Shown piece by piece: positions 18,697-28,178 of a stretch of DNA of 64,000 nucleotides. Origin of the DNA: Dehalococcoidia bacterium (GTDB taxonomy: Bacteria > Chloroflexota > Dehalococcoidia > Lucifugimonadales > JADFKI01); assembly GCA_965242555.1 (NCBI GenBank), contig CBDESO010000012.1:330803-394802 (forward strand). Direction: 5' to 3'. Numbering within the stretch: position 1 is the first letter of the stretch; every line of letters begins with the position of its first letter. The notes under the pieces were generated by a model that was given only the letters and a program-made list of their open reading frames with translations, had not been told where the DNA came from and did not search any database. The translations under genes were made by a program, and so were the position numbers.

Positions 18697-20985
18697 ATGC
18701 AGAACGGATACACCCCAAGAACCGCCGCCCTCTGCGCCGCAATCTGCCTCGCCCTACTCGCCTGCTCCCAACCTGTCCCCGCGCCCCAACCCACGCCCTT
18801 GGCGACAAGCGTCGCCACCCCCGCGCCGCCTACCCACGTGCCATACACACCGCCATCCGGCTTACCCTCTGCGCCCACGCCGCCATCCGCCGCTATCCCC
18901 CCTATCGCGGCGCAACCAACGCCATCCCCCGCGCCCACTGCCACGCCCTTGCCCCCAAGCGTCGCCATCCCAACGCCATCCGCCCAGCCTACCCCCACGC
19001 CCACGCCGCCAATCGATCCCCCAGACGTCGCCTTCACGCAAATAACCGCCGGCAAGACCCACGCCTGCGGCTTGCGCGAAAACGGCGCTATCCTCTGCTG
19101 GGGACGCGATAACAATCACTATGGCAACCTAAACGCTCCCGCCGAAACTGCCTTCCGCCAAATATCCGCCGGGCTGCACTTCACCTGCGCCCTGCGCCAA
19201 GACGCAACTATCGCCTGCTGGGGAAATAACTCCAACGGCCAAGCCAACCCGCCGCAAGGCGCTTTCAGCGAAATAGCCGCAGCCGCCGGATACGCCTGCG
19301 CCATCCCCCTGCCGCAAACCGCGCCGCCCGCGCTTATATGCTGGGGAGCGTCATTCCCAAACGGCGCCGAAACACTGCCGATGGACGCCCCCATTTCCAA
19401 TATTCAGTCAGGAAGTTCTATCTGCGGGCTGACCCCAAAAGGCGATATGGCTTGCTTGCGAATGAAACAGCGCTTGATAGAAATCACCCCTGGCCCCTTC
19501 ACTCAGATAGCGGCCGGACTTGCCCACACCTGCGCCCTCCGCGAAGACGGCAGCGCTTTCTGCCAAGGCGACAATTATCGCCTCCGAGCGACTCCGCCGC
19601 CCACAAAGTTCGCCCAAATCGCCGCGGGCCGGTATCACAGCTGCGGCATAACCCTCGCCCACCGGATAGAGTGCTGGGGCAGCGGAGTCCCCGCCGCCCC
19701 CGGCGAGCGCCTTGCCGCCCCCGACGGCGAATTCGTCGCAATCTCCATCGGCTGGCGCAACTCCTGCGCCCTCCGCCCAAACGGACGCGCCGTATGCTGG
19801 TCAACGCCCGACTACGCCACATCCTCCTTCCTGAACATAGAAATTCCCAAGGCATTCGGCGGCGCTAAATTCGACGCCCCCGTGGACATCTTCCCTTGGC
19901 AAAGCGGCGGCTTGGCAATCGTCCACCGCAGCGGCGTCATCGCCGCCTACCACGACCGGCCCAACGCGCCGCCGCCGCATCCCATACTAGACCTAACCGA
20001 CGAAGTAGTCTGCTGCCCATACGAAAGCGGCATGTTCAGCGCCGCCCTAGACCCGCAATTCCAAGACTTTCCCTTCTTGTACATCTGGTACAGAGCCATA
20101 TCGGACAACGTATCAAGCGAGAACGAGCCCGGCTATGTGGGACGCCTATCGCGCTTTCGCGTTAACCGCGGCATCGCCGTTAGAGGCTCCGAGCTAGCCA
20201 TCCTTGAGGTGGATCTGCCCAAACACGGCCGCCTAGGCGGCGACATCCGTTTCGGCGCGGACGGCATGCTCTACCTCGGCATCGGCGACAACGAAAAATC
20301 GGCCGACGCCCAAGCCCTGAACAACCTGCGCGGCAAAATCATCCGCATCGACGTGCGCGGCGCAACCGCAGCCCAACCCTACCGCATCCCGCCCGACAAC
20401 CCCTTTGTGAGCGCCCCCAACGCGCGCCCCGAAATATGGGCGTATGGCATGAGAAACCCCTGGCGCATGGCATTCGATCCCAAATCCCCCGCCCGCCTAT
20501 TCGTCGCCGACGTAGGCGAAGGAACCCGCGAAGAAGTATCCATAGCCACCGCCGGCGCCAACCTCGGCTGGCCCCTCTGCGAGGGCGACCTTTGCCAAGA
20601 ATCCCTAGACGCGGCAACCGCGGCCAACCTCGCCCCGCCCGCCATCGCCTACGGCAGAGACGTCGGCTGCGTCGTCATCGGCGGCGTAACCGTCCCCTGG
20701 CTGGACAACGCCTTCATATTCGGCGACCTATGCTCCCGCCGCGTCTGGCTGCTGGAGCGTGATAGCCAACCCGACAGCGCTCCCGCCGGTACGCAAGAGC
20801 CTACACAAGACAGCGCCCAGGGATGGCGCATGCGCGAAATAGCCAACCTATCCAAGTCAACCCGCAGCATAATCGCCTTTGGCGCAGCCCCCGACGGCAG
20901 CGTCTACGTCCTGCCGAATAATGGCCCCATACTGCGCTTAGATCCAAGCCTAGCAGACCCCCTGCCCGACCCTGTCGCCGAATAA
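18697..20985 (+). CDS. RCC1-like propeller + PQQ-dependent sugar dehydrogenase lipoprotein, paralogue 2
   Basis: ATG at 18697 (MQNGYTPRTAALCAAICLALLAC lipobox). Same domain order and motifs as paralogue 1. The track ORF start at 18415 overlaps paralogue 1 and is rejected. Confidence 0.85.
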   Translation: MQNGYTPRTAALCAAICLALLACSQPVPAPQPTPLATSVATPAPPTHVPYTPPSGLPSAPTPPSAAIPPIAAQPTPSPAPTATPLPPSVAIPTPSAQPTPTPTPPIDPPDVAFTQITAGKTHACGLRENGAILCWGRDNNHYGNLNAPAETAFRQISAGLHFTCALRQDATIACWGNNSNGQANPPQGAFSEIAAAAGYACAIPLPQTAPPALICWGASFPNGAETLPMDAPISNIQSGSSICGLTPKGDMACLRMKQRLIEITPGPFTQIAAGLAHTCALREDGSAFCQGDNYRLRATPPPTKFAQIAAGRYHSCGITLAHRIECWGSGVPAAPGERLAAPDGEFVAISIGWRNSCALRPNGRAVCWSTPDYATSSFLNIEIPKAFGGAKFDAPVDIFPWQSGGLAIVHRSGVIAAYHDRPNAPPPHPILDLTDEVVCCPYESGMFSAALDPQFQDFPFLYIWYRAISDNVSSENEPGYVGRLSRFRVNRGIAVRGSELAILEVDLPKHGRLGGDIRFGADGMLYLGIGDNEKSADAQALNNLRGKIIRIDVRGATAAQPYRIPPDNPFVSAPNARPEIWAYGMRNPWRMAFDPKSPARLFVADVGEGTREEVSIATAGANLGWPLCEGDLCQESLDAATAANLAPPAIAYGRDVGCVVIGGVTVPWLDNAFIFGDLCSRRVWLLERDSQPDSAPAGTQEPTQDSAQGWRMREIANLSKSTRSIIAFGAAPDGSVYVLPNNGPILRLDPSLADPLPDPVAE

Positions 20986-21005
20986 GCTCGCCCGAAATCC
21001 TTCAT

Positions 21006-21043
21006 CCAAAAGTTTTTTGCTTACTTTTTTACAAAAAAGTAAG
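21006..21043 (+). repeat. AT-rich dyad element, copy 1 (CCAAAAGTTTTTTGCTTACTTTTTTACAAAAAAGTAAG)
   Basis: Member of a four-copy family. An 11-bp inverted repeat, CTTACTTTTTT/AAAAAAGTAAG, carries a compensatory extra T:A pair relative to the other copies. Confidence 0.85.
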
Positions 21044-21132
21044 ACCCCCACGCTTTCCTCTACCTACCTCCTTTTCGTCTGGTATAATCTAATCCAATCC
21101 CATAATCCCAAACAAAGAAAGGCGCATCCCCC

Positions 21133-21978
21133 ATGACAACCCAACAATACCCCAACCCCGACATCCTAGCCCAAACCGACTGGCTCGCCGAGCGCATCAA
21201 CGACCCCAACATCCGCATCGTGGACTGCGACCCCATAGACGCCTACGCCCGCGCCCACATCCCCGGCGCAGTCGGCATCCCCGTCCACCACTACATCAAG
21301 CAAGACGGCTACGACCGCGACCCGCGCGCCAACCCCCTAGTCGCGCCGCCCGCCCAAATGAAAACCCTTATGGAAAGCATGGGCATCGGCGACGACAACC
21401 TAGTCATCGCATACGACAGCAACGGCGCGCTATGGTCAACCCGTTTTTGGTGGGTCCTAAACTACTACGGCCACACCAACGTCAAAGTCCTAAACGGCGG
21501 CTGGAAAAAATGGCACTCCGAAGGCCGCCCCACATCCATAACCGCGCCCGCGCCCGCGCCCGCAACATTCACCCCCGCCGCCCAAGACAACCTAGTCTGC
21601 TCCCTTGACTACGGCGTCGCCAACGTCGGCAACGACGACGTCCTATTCCTAGACGTCCGCTCCGACGGCGAATGGGACGGCAGCAACGCCCGCGGCAACG
21701 CCCGCGCCGGACGCATCCCCGGCGCCGTCCACCTAGAATGGCTAAACTTCATCACCGACGACATCCACCAAACCATCAAGCCCGCAACCGAACTGCGCGC
21801 CATGCTAGACGCCGTAGGCGCCACCCCCGAAAAAGAAATCATCACCTATTGACAGGGCGGCATCCGTGCGGCGCACGGAGTATTCGTCCTCAACCTGCTC
21901 GGCTACGCCCGCGCCCGCAACTACGACGGCTCAATGGGCGAATGGGCAAACCGCCAAGACACCCCCCTAACAACCTAG
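21133..21978 (+). CDS. Two-domain rhodanese (thiosulfate/3-mercaptopyruvate sulfurtransferase) with an in-frame UGA at the active-site Cys position; candidate selenoprotein, otherwise a pseudogene
   Basis: ORF 21133..21852 ends ..EKEIITY-TGA. The same frame continues QGGIRAAHGVFVLNLLGYARARNYDGSMGEWANRQDTPLTT to TAG at 21976. Together this reads as the rhodanese active-site loop xxYCQxGxRAxH..NYDGSxxEW, with TGA where Cys belongs. An extended -10 (TGgTATAAT) lies at 21080..21088. Confidence 0.6.
21863..21879 (+). promoter_or_regulatory. SECIS-like hairpin 11 nt downstream of the in-frame UGA
   Basis: tccgtgc-ggc-gcacgga forms a perfect 7-bp stem with a G-rich apex. The stem codons (cgT gcG gcG) break the otherwise near-uniform C/A third-position usage of this gene. 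Confidence 0.45.
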
Positions 21979-22056
21979 CCCAATGCCACCCTGACGGCGC
22001 GGCAAGCCAACCCGCGCTCCGCGCCGTCCCCAATCCCAACGGCATCTGAAACGCAT

Positions 22057-24273
22057 ATGAAACAACTCGCCCGCCTCGCGCGCCGCGCAACCCGCCTGCC
22101 CACAACCGCGCCCCTAATCTGCGCCGCCCTATGCCTCGCCCTAACCGCCGCCTGCGCCCAACAACCTCCGCCCGCTCGCCCGCCCGCGCCCTTGCCTACA
22201 TACTCGCCCCCAATCCACTCGCTCGCGACGGTGCCTATGCCCGCTCAGCCCGCCCAGCCCGCCACGCCCCTCCCTGCGCCCCCGTCGCAGCCCGCGCCGC
22301 TCCCCGTGACTGCCACGCCCACGCCATTCCCGCCCTCAACCGATCCCCCCGCCGACGTCGCCTTCACCCAAATAAGCGCCGGCAAAAGCCACGCCTGCGG
22401 CCTGCTTGAAAACGGCGCTATCGCCTGCTGGGGGCACGACTACTTCGGACACGACAACCTAGACGCCCCCGCCGGAACCGGCTTCCGCCAAATAGCCGCC
22501 GGACGGGACTTCGCCTGCGCCCTGCGCCAAGACGCCACAATCGCCTGCTGGGGAGATAATTCGGAGCGCCAAACCTCCCCCCCGCAAGGCGCCTTCGCCG
22601 AAATAGCCGCAGGCACAGCCCACGCCTGCGCCATCCCCGCATCCCAAACCGCGCCGCCCGCGCTCGTATGCTGGGGAAGATCATTCCCAAACGGCGCTAC
22701 AACCCTGCCGCTGGACGCCCCCCTCTCCAAGATTCAGGCAAGCGCCCAACTCACCTGCGGCCTAACCCCCCAAGCCGACCTGGCTTGCGTATCATTAGAG
22801 CGCCGACTGGCTGAAATCACCCCCGGCCCCTTCAGCGGATTCGGCGTAGGCTTGCATCACGTCTGCGCCCTCCGCCAAGACGGCGCCGCCCATTGCCAAG
22901 GCCTAAACGACTCCCTCCAAGCCAACCCGCCGCCCACCAAATTCGCCCAAATCGCCGGCGGCTGGTACCACACCTGCGCCCTGACCCTCGCCCGCCGGAT
23001 AGAATGTTGGGGCAGCGACATCCCCGCAGCTCCCGGCGAGCGCCTAACCGCCCCCGACGGCGAATTCGCCGCAATCTCAATCGGCTGGCGCAACTCATGC
23101 GCCCTACGCCCCGACCGCCGCGCCCTCTGCTGGCGCGCGCCCGACCACATCGACTACCAACTGCCCGTCGGAATCACAGAGGCATTCGGCGGCGCAAAAT
23201 TCCAATCCCCCGTAGAGATATTCCCTTGGCCAAGCGGCGGCTTAGCAATCGCCGACCGCAGCGGCGTCATAACACTCCGCCATGACCGGCCCGACGCGCC
23301 GCCGCCCAAAACCATCCTGGACATCTCCGACTCCGTCCTATGCTGCCCCGGCGAAATCGGCTTGTACACCGCCGCGCTAGACCCGCAATTTGACGAATTC
23401 CCCTTTCTCTACCTATGGTATGGCGCGATAGCCGACCACGCCTCAGGCGAAGAAACGCCCGGCGTCATAGGCCGCCTATCGCGCTACCGCGTCAACAACG
23501 GCGTCGCCCTCAAAGACTCCGCCCTAACCATCCTGGAAGTCATCCAGCCCGGCATAGCCCGGCTGGGCAGCGCCCTCCGTTTCGGCCCCGACGGCATGCT
23601 CTACCTCAGCCTAGGCGTCGGCGACGGCAGCGCCTCCGCCAACGCCCAATCCCTCGCCGAGCTGCGCGGCAAAATCATCCGCATAGACATCCGCGGCGCA
23701 ACCCCCGCCCAACCCTACCGCATCCCCCCAGACAACCCATTCGCGCGCGCACCAGACGCCCGCCCCGAAATATGGGCATACGGCCTCAGAAGCCCTTGGC
23801 GAATGGACTTCGACCCCGCAAACCCCAACCGCATATTCGTCGCCGACGTAGGCGAAAGCGCCCGCGAGGAAGTATCCATAGCCACCCCCGGCGCCAACCT
23901 AGGCTGGCCCCTCTGCGAGGCAGACCTCTGCCAAGAAACCCTAGCCCCCGCCCTAGCCGCCACCTTAACGCCGCCCGTCGTCGCCTACGGCAGAGACCAA
24001 GGCTGCGCCGTCATAGGCGGCATCGCCGTCCCCTGGCTTGACAACCAATTCATCTTCGGCGACTTCTGCTCCCGCCGCCTCTGGCTCCTAGAACAAGACG
24101 CCCCTCCCGACGACGAACCCGACAGCCCACCCACCTGGCGCATGCGCCAAATAGCCGACCTATTCGCCCCCGTGCGTTTCCTATACTCATTCGGCTTGGC
24201 AACCGACGGCAGCGTCTATGTCCTAGCCCGCGAAAGCCCAATACTCCGCCTACACCCCGCCCTAGTCAAATAG
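22057..24273 (+). CDS. RCC1-like propeller + PQQ-dependent sugar dehydrogenase lipoprotein, paralogue 3
   Basis: MKQLARLARRATRLPTTAPLICAALCLALTAAC lipobox and the same motif set (RFGPDGMLYLSLG, RIPPDNPF, EIWAYGLRSPWRMDFD, GANLGWP). It starts 78 nt after the rhodanese stop with no obvious promoter. Confidence 0.85.
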   Translation: MKQLARLARRATRLPTTAPLICAALCLALTAACAQQPPPARPPAPLPTYSPPIHSLATVPMPAQPAQPATPLPAPPSQPAPLPVTATPTPFPPSTDPPADVAFTQISAGKSHACGLLENGAIACWGHDYFGHDNLDAPAGTGFRQIAAGRDFACALRQDATIACWGDNSERQTSPPQGAFAEIAAGTAHACAIPASQTAPPALVCWGRSFPNGATTLPLDAPLSKIQASAQLTCGLTPQADLACVSLERRLAEITPGPFSGFGVGLHHVCALRQDGAAHCQGLNDSLQANPPPTKFAQIAGGWYHTCALTLARRIECWGSDIPAAPGERLTAPDGEFAAISIGWRNSCALRPDRRALCWRAPDHIDYQLPVGITEAFGGAKFQSPVEIFPWPSGGLAIADRSGVITLRHDRPDAPPPKTILDISDSVLCCPGEIGLYTAALDPQFDEFPFLYLWYGAIADHASGEETPGVIGRLSRYRVNNGVALKDSALTILEVIQPGIARLGSALRFGPDGMLYLSLGVGDGSASANAQSLAELRGKIIRIDIRGATPAQPYRIPPDNPFARAPDARPEIWAYGLRSPWRMDFDPANPNRIFVADVGESAREEVSIATPGANLGWPLCEADLCQETLAPALAATLTPPVVAYGRDQGCAVIGGIAVPWLDNQFIFGDFCSRRLWLLEQDAPPDDEPDSPPTWRMRQIADLFAPVRFLYSFGLATDGSVYVLARESPILRLHPALVK

Positions 24274-24416
24274 CCGAATATAAGGAAAGCCCAGCACGGA
24301 TATGCTCGATATGTTGCCCCACGTAGCCGTTGGATGATGCGCGCTAAGCAAAAGCGCGGGCATCCCCATCCCATCCCAAACCCGCCCACTAGACTTGAGA
24401 CGCTTGCCCCTTCCCC

Positions 24417-25578
24417 CTACAACCCCTCCACAACCGCCGCCAGCGAATCCCCCAACTCCGCCCGCTGCCACCGCCGCACCCCATCCCCCGCCAGCTCCGA
24501 CCGCAACTCGCGCGGCCGCAGCGCCAGCCGCTCCAAACTCGCCGCCGGCCACACCAAACCCGCGTGCAGCCCCAACCGCTTAGCGCAACCCAACCGCCAA
24601 TCCTTCAGCGACTTCAACCGCTCCCTAGCCAAACCGCGCTCCCCGGCCCCAAGCCGCGCCCGCTTAACCTCGCCCGCCGACTCGTCGCCTGTATTGCGCG
24701 GCGGCCGCTTAACCGGCGCCCCCGCCAGCCCCTGCCGCACCGCCCTTCGGACGCCCGCGCCCTCTCTGCCGCGCCCATACCGGCCTATCCCCTTCACCCG
24801 CGCCACATCCGCGCGCGGATTAGCCGCCAGCGCCAGCATCGCCGCGTCCGAAAACACCTTAAACGGCGGACGATCCCGCCGCAAAGCCTCCCGCTCGCGG
24901 AACAAATACAGCGCCCGCAAAACCGCCAACCCCTTCCCATCCAACCCCCGACTGCCCTTCACATCCAAAAACCCCGTCTCAGCGTCCTGCTGTGTATGCC
25001 GCGCATTGGCAAGCCGCTCGCACTCCTCCGCAACCCACTCGCGCCTTCCCAACGCCTCCAACCGATCCCGCAAAAGCCCTGCCAATCGCTCCAAATGCGC
25101 CACATCCTCCGCCGCATACGCCACCATCGCGCGGCTCAGCGGCCGGATAGTCCAATCCGCCCGCTGCAGCTGCTTAGACTTGCTAACCTCAACGCCGAGA
25201 TACTCCTTCAGCGCCGCCGCCAGCCCCAGCCGCTCGCTGCCCGCAAACGCCGCCGCTATCCCCGTATCAAACAGCGGCTTGATATGAAACCCCCAATCCC
25301 GCCGCAAACTGCGAACATCATAATCCGCCGCGTGAAAAATCTTCAGCACCGACGGCGCCGCCAGCAACTCCCCCAGCGCCCCCACATCCTCCACCGCCAG
25401 CGGATCTACCAAAAACACCCCATCCGCCGTCGCCAGCTGCACCAAGCACACCCGCTCCGGATACCGATAAAACCCGTTAGACTCGATATCCACCGCCACC
25501 GCCGATTGAGCCAAAGCCGCCGCCGCGACCGCCTCCAACCGGGCTGCCGTCGTAACAATCTCAGGAATGGCGCAATCG
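24417..25578 (-). CDS. rnd: Ribonuclease D (DEDD 3'-5' exonuclease + HRDC)
   Basis: AVDIESNGFYRYPERVCLVQLA, LKIFHAADYDVRSLRRDWG, YAAEDVAHL and an HRDC-like tail. The 5' end is uncertain. The track ORF runs through tRNA-Asn, and no ATG/GTG/TTG lies between the tRNA and the first conserved motif; ATT at 25578 after GAGG is one candidate. Confidence 0.75.
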
Positions 25579-25669
25579 CCTCGCGCGGAAACTATGCGTA
25601 GCGTCCTTATGGGATAACTGGGGGGATAATCGGGGAATACACCGAGATACGCTTGATATGCGAGCGCCT

Positions 25670-25744
25670 TGGCTCCGCAGGTAGGATTCGAACCTACGGC
25701 CAATCGGTTAACAGCCGATTGCTCTACCACTGAGCTACTGCGGA
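25670..25744 (-). tRNA. tRNA-Asn (anticodon GUU), CCA encoded
   Basis: The reverse complement reads TCCGCAGTAGCTCAGTGGTAGAGCAATCGGCTGTTAACCGATTGGCCGTAGGTTCGAATCCTACCTGCGGAGCCA. It has a canonical cloverleaf, and the anticodon loop is CTGTTAA. Confidence 0.92.
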
Positions 25745-25880
25745 GCGCCAAAACCGCCCACAACCATAATAGCGCCGCCCGCCCCACAGGTCAACGATAT
25801 TTCCCCCCGTCCAAAATTCACCCTTGACACCGCCTTAAAACCCACACTATTCTTAACAGAACATATTACTAAACACCCAC

Positions 25881-25915
25881 CCAAAAGTTTTTGCTACTTT
25901 TTTCTAAAAAAGTAG
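25881..25915 (+). repeat. AT-rich dyad element, copy 2 (CCAAAAGTTTTTGCTACTTTTTTCTAAAAAAGTAG)
   Basis: Same family, preceded by cacccaCC as in copy 3. It lies between the MFS stop and the tRNA-Asn 5' end. Confidence 0.85.
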
Positions 25916-25941
25916 AGCGGCCCCCCATTCACAAACGGCAT

Positions 25942-27207
25942 CTAGTCCCCCACCGGCGCCCTCCGACCCCGCGCGCCACCTCTCGCATTCCCCGCCACAA
26001 ACCCCACCACCCCCGCCAGCGCCCCGATCCCCGTCATCCCGAACACATTCGCCACCCCAAACGGCGTAGCCAGCGGCCCCACCACAAACGACCCCGCGCT
26101 GCCCCCGATGTCCCACGCCTGCTGCAGCGTAGCCATCCCCGCGCTCCGCTCCCGCGGCGGCACCCGATCCACCGTGAACGCCTGTATCCCCGGCTGCAGC
26201 AGCCCAAACCCTAGCCCCGCGAAAAACCCCGCGCTCAGAAACATCGCCTGAAAAAACGCCCCATTCAGCACAAACATCGCCGTCGCCACCGACAACAGCC
26301 CCGGCACTATCACCGTCGGCCGGCCCAGCCTATCCGCTATCGGCCCCGCCGCCGCCATCGCCCCCATCGACGTCAGCGAAAACACCGTGTAAAACAGCCC
26401 CGGATTCCCCAAATTCCCCTGCGACGCCAACAGCGGCAAAAATGTATTTATCGGCGCCGTCGTGAATGTATATGTCAAAAACACCAGCGTCGGAAATATC
26501 GCCGCCCTAGACACCAGCGGCGGCTTATCCCCAGAACCCGCGCTCGCCGCGGGCCCCGGCTGCGCCGCCTGCTCAAACCCTATCCGCCGCGCCGAAATCC
26601 GCGCCGCGAACAACGTCCCCAGCAGCGCCGCCGCCGCCGAAAACACGAATGCGTACGTAAACCCATACGAATTCTCCCCCACATAAGTCAGTATGTAAGA
26701 CGCCACAAACGGCGAATACAAAAACGACGCGTTTATCGCATTCCCCATATACGCCATCGCCTCCGCCCGCCTATTCGCCGGCGCCAAATTCGCCACTATC
26801 GTTGACGTCGCCACCGGCCCCAGCGCCAAGCCTACACCCTGAAACATCCGCATCGGCACCAACCACCACGGCCCCAGCGCGAATATGTACGCCACGCTCC
26901 CCAGCGCCACTATCGCCGTCCCAGCCACCGCTACCCGCTTTGGCCCAAATGCGTAGATCCACTGCCCCCCAACAGGCCTTATCAGCAGCCCCACAATCCC
27001 AAACGCGCCCACGATAATCCCGATATGCCAAGTCGTCCCATGCAAATGCAGCACATACGGCGGTATCACCGTCAGCATCGCCGTGTAACCCGCGAACATA
27101 AAATGCGCCGTCAGCAGATTCAACACAAAATCCGCCGTCCAAAGCCTATTCCCCTGCCCCGTATCTGCCTGTCCAACCTGTCGCGCCATCAAACCGCCGC
27201 CTGCCAT
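25942..27207 (-). CDS. MFS transporter
   Basis: 421 aa with about 12 predicted hydrophobic helices and the loop motif GPIADRLGRP between TM2 and TM3 of the second half. Confidence 0.8.
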   Translation of the reverse strand: MAGGGLMARQVGQADTGQGNRLWTADFVLNLLTAHFMFAGYTAMLTVIPPYVLHLHGTTWHIGIIVGAFGIVGLLIRPVGGQWIYAFGPKRVAVAGTAIVALGSVAYIFALGPWWLVPMRMFQGVGLALGPVATSTIVANLAPANRRAEAMAYMGNAINASFLYSPFVASYILTYVGENSYGFTYAFVFSAAAALLGTLFAARISARRIGFEQAAQPGPAASAGSGDKPPLVSRAAIFPTLVFLTYTFTTAPINTFLPLLASQGNLGNPGLFYTVFSLTSMGAMAAAGPIADRLGRPTVIVPGLLSVATAMFVLNGAFFQAMFLSAGFFAGLGFGLLQPGIQAFTVDRVPPRERSAGMATLQQAWDIGGSAGSFVVGPLATPFGVANVFGMTGIGALAGVVGFVAGNARGGARGRRAPVGD

Positions 27208-27437
27208 AATATCCCGCCATTTCGGTTAGCGAACTTTAGCACATTCCACCCCGCAAGGGTTAGCGCCAATTCCCCCTTATTGCCGAGATGCCGCGCTATC
27301 CCCCGTTATCCCACAGCCCATTTGCGCCCTAACCCATTTGCGTTTATACTCACGCCATACCGCGCCCGCGCCCTTGCGCTCTCGCGCCCTGCGCCGCGCG
27401 CATACACACATTCACACAAACGGGAGGAGGCAGCCCA

Positions 27438-28109
27438 ATGAACCTACTGGTAATCTCAGGCGGCAGACACCCCTACGAAGAATCCACCCCCATCCTAGAG
27501 CGGTTCCTATCCGACGCCGGCCACTCAGTCAAAGTCACCGAAGACCCCGCCATCCTAGCCGACCCCGACGCGATGAGCGCCTACCACGCCCTCGTCTTCA
27601 ACACTATGCGCGCCGGCGACAACGGCATGACCCGCCAACAGCAAGACGGCATGACCCAATACATCCAATCCGGCAAAGGCTTCGTCTGCATCCACATCGC
27701 CGGCTGCGCCTCCGAAGACTGGCCCGAATACTACGACATCACCGGCGGCGGCTGGGTCTCAGGCATTAGCTACCACCCCCCCTACGGCAACTTCCAAGTC
27801 AACATATCCGACCCCAACAGCCCCGGCGCCGCCGGCATATCCGACTTCGCCACCAACGACGAACTCTATATGGGCATTGAATACCGCGGCGGCAACGACG
27901 TATTCCTAACCGGCGACGCCCAAGACGGAACATACATGTGGGGCGGCAAAGAAACCTTCATGCCCGGCGGCACATTCCCACTAGGCTGGACTCGCTCCTA
28001 CGGCGCGGGCAAAGTCTTCGTTACCCTGCTAGGCCACAACGGCCTCAGCTTCCAAACCCCCGAATTCCAACGCATCGTCCTAAACGGCATCGACTGGACA
28101 ACCGCCTAA
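27438..28109 (+). CDS. ThuA-domain (trehalose-utilisation-like) protein
   Basis: RBS GGGAGGAGG. The pattern ..YHALVFNTM..GKGFVCIHIAG..PLGWTRSYGAGKVFVTLLGHN.. matches ThuA-like class-I glutamine-amidotransferase-fold proteins. Confidence 0.75.
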   Translation: MNLLVISGGRHPYEESTPILERFLSDAGHSVKVTEDPAILADPDAMSAYHALVFNTMRAGDNGMTRQQQDGMTQYIQSGKGFVCIHIAGCASEDWPEYYDITGGGWVSGISYHPPYGNFQVNISDPNSPGAAGISDFATNDELYMGIEYRGGNDVFLTGDAQDGTYMWGGKETFMPGGTFPLGWTRSYGAGKVFVTLLGHNGLSFQTPEFQRIVLNGIDWTTA

Positions 28110-28178
28110 ACCCCAATCCCTACATCATCAACCCCTAATTCCCAACCCACAGCGCGCGCACACTCGGAGGTCACGCAT

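Noticed and set aside
21850-21852. Genome-wide UGA reassignment (code 4/25) as the explanation for the in-frame TGA
   Set aside because: Other genes here terminate at TGA with family-appropriate lengths (ParA-like at 9334..9336, rhomboid at 44765..44767, the small ORF at 58237..58239). UGA is therefore a normal stop, and a site-specific mechanism (Sec) or a nonsense mutation is required.
24334-25601. 317-aa and 345-aa plus-strand ORFs
   Set aside because: They are antisense to RNase D, low-complexity, and carry no motifs.
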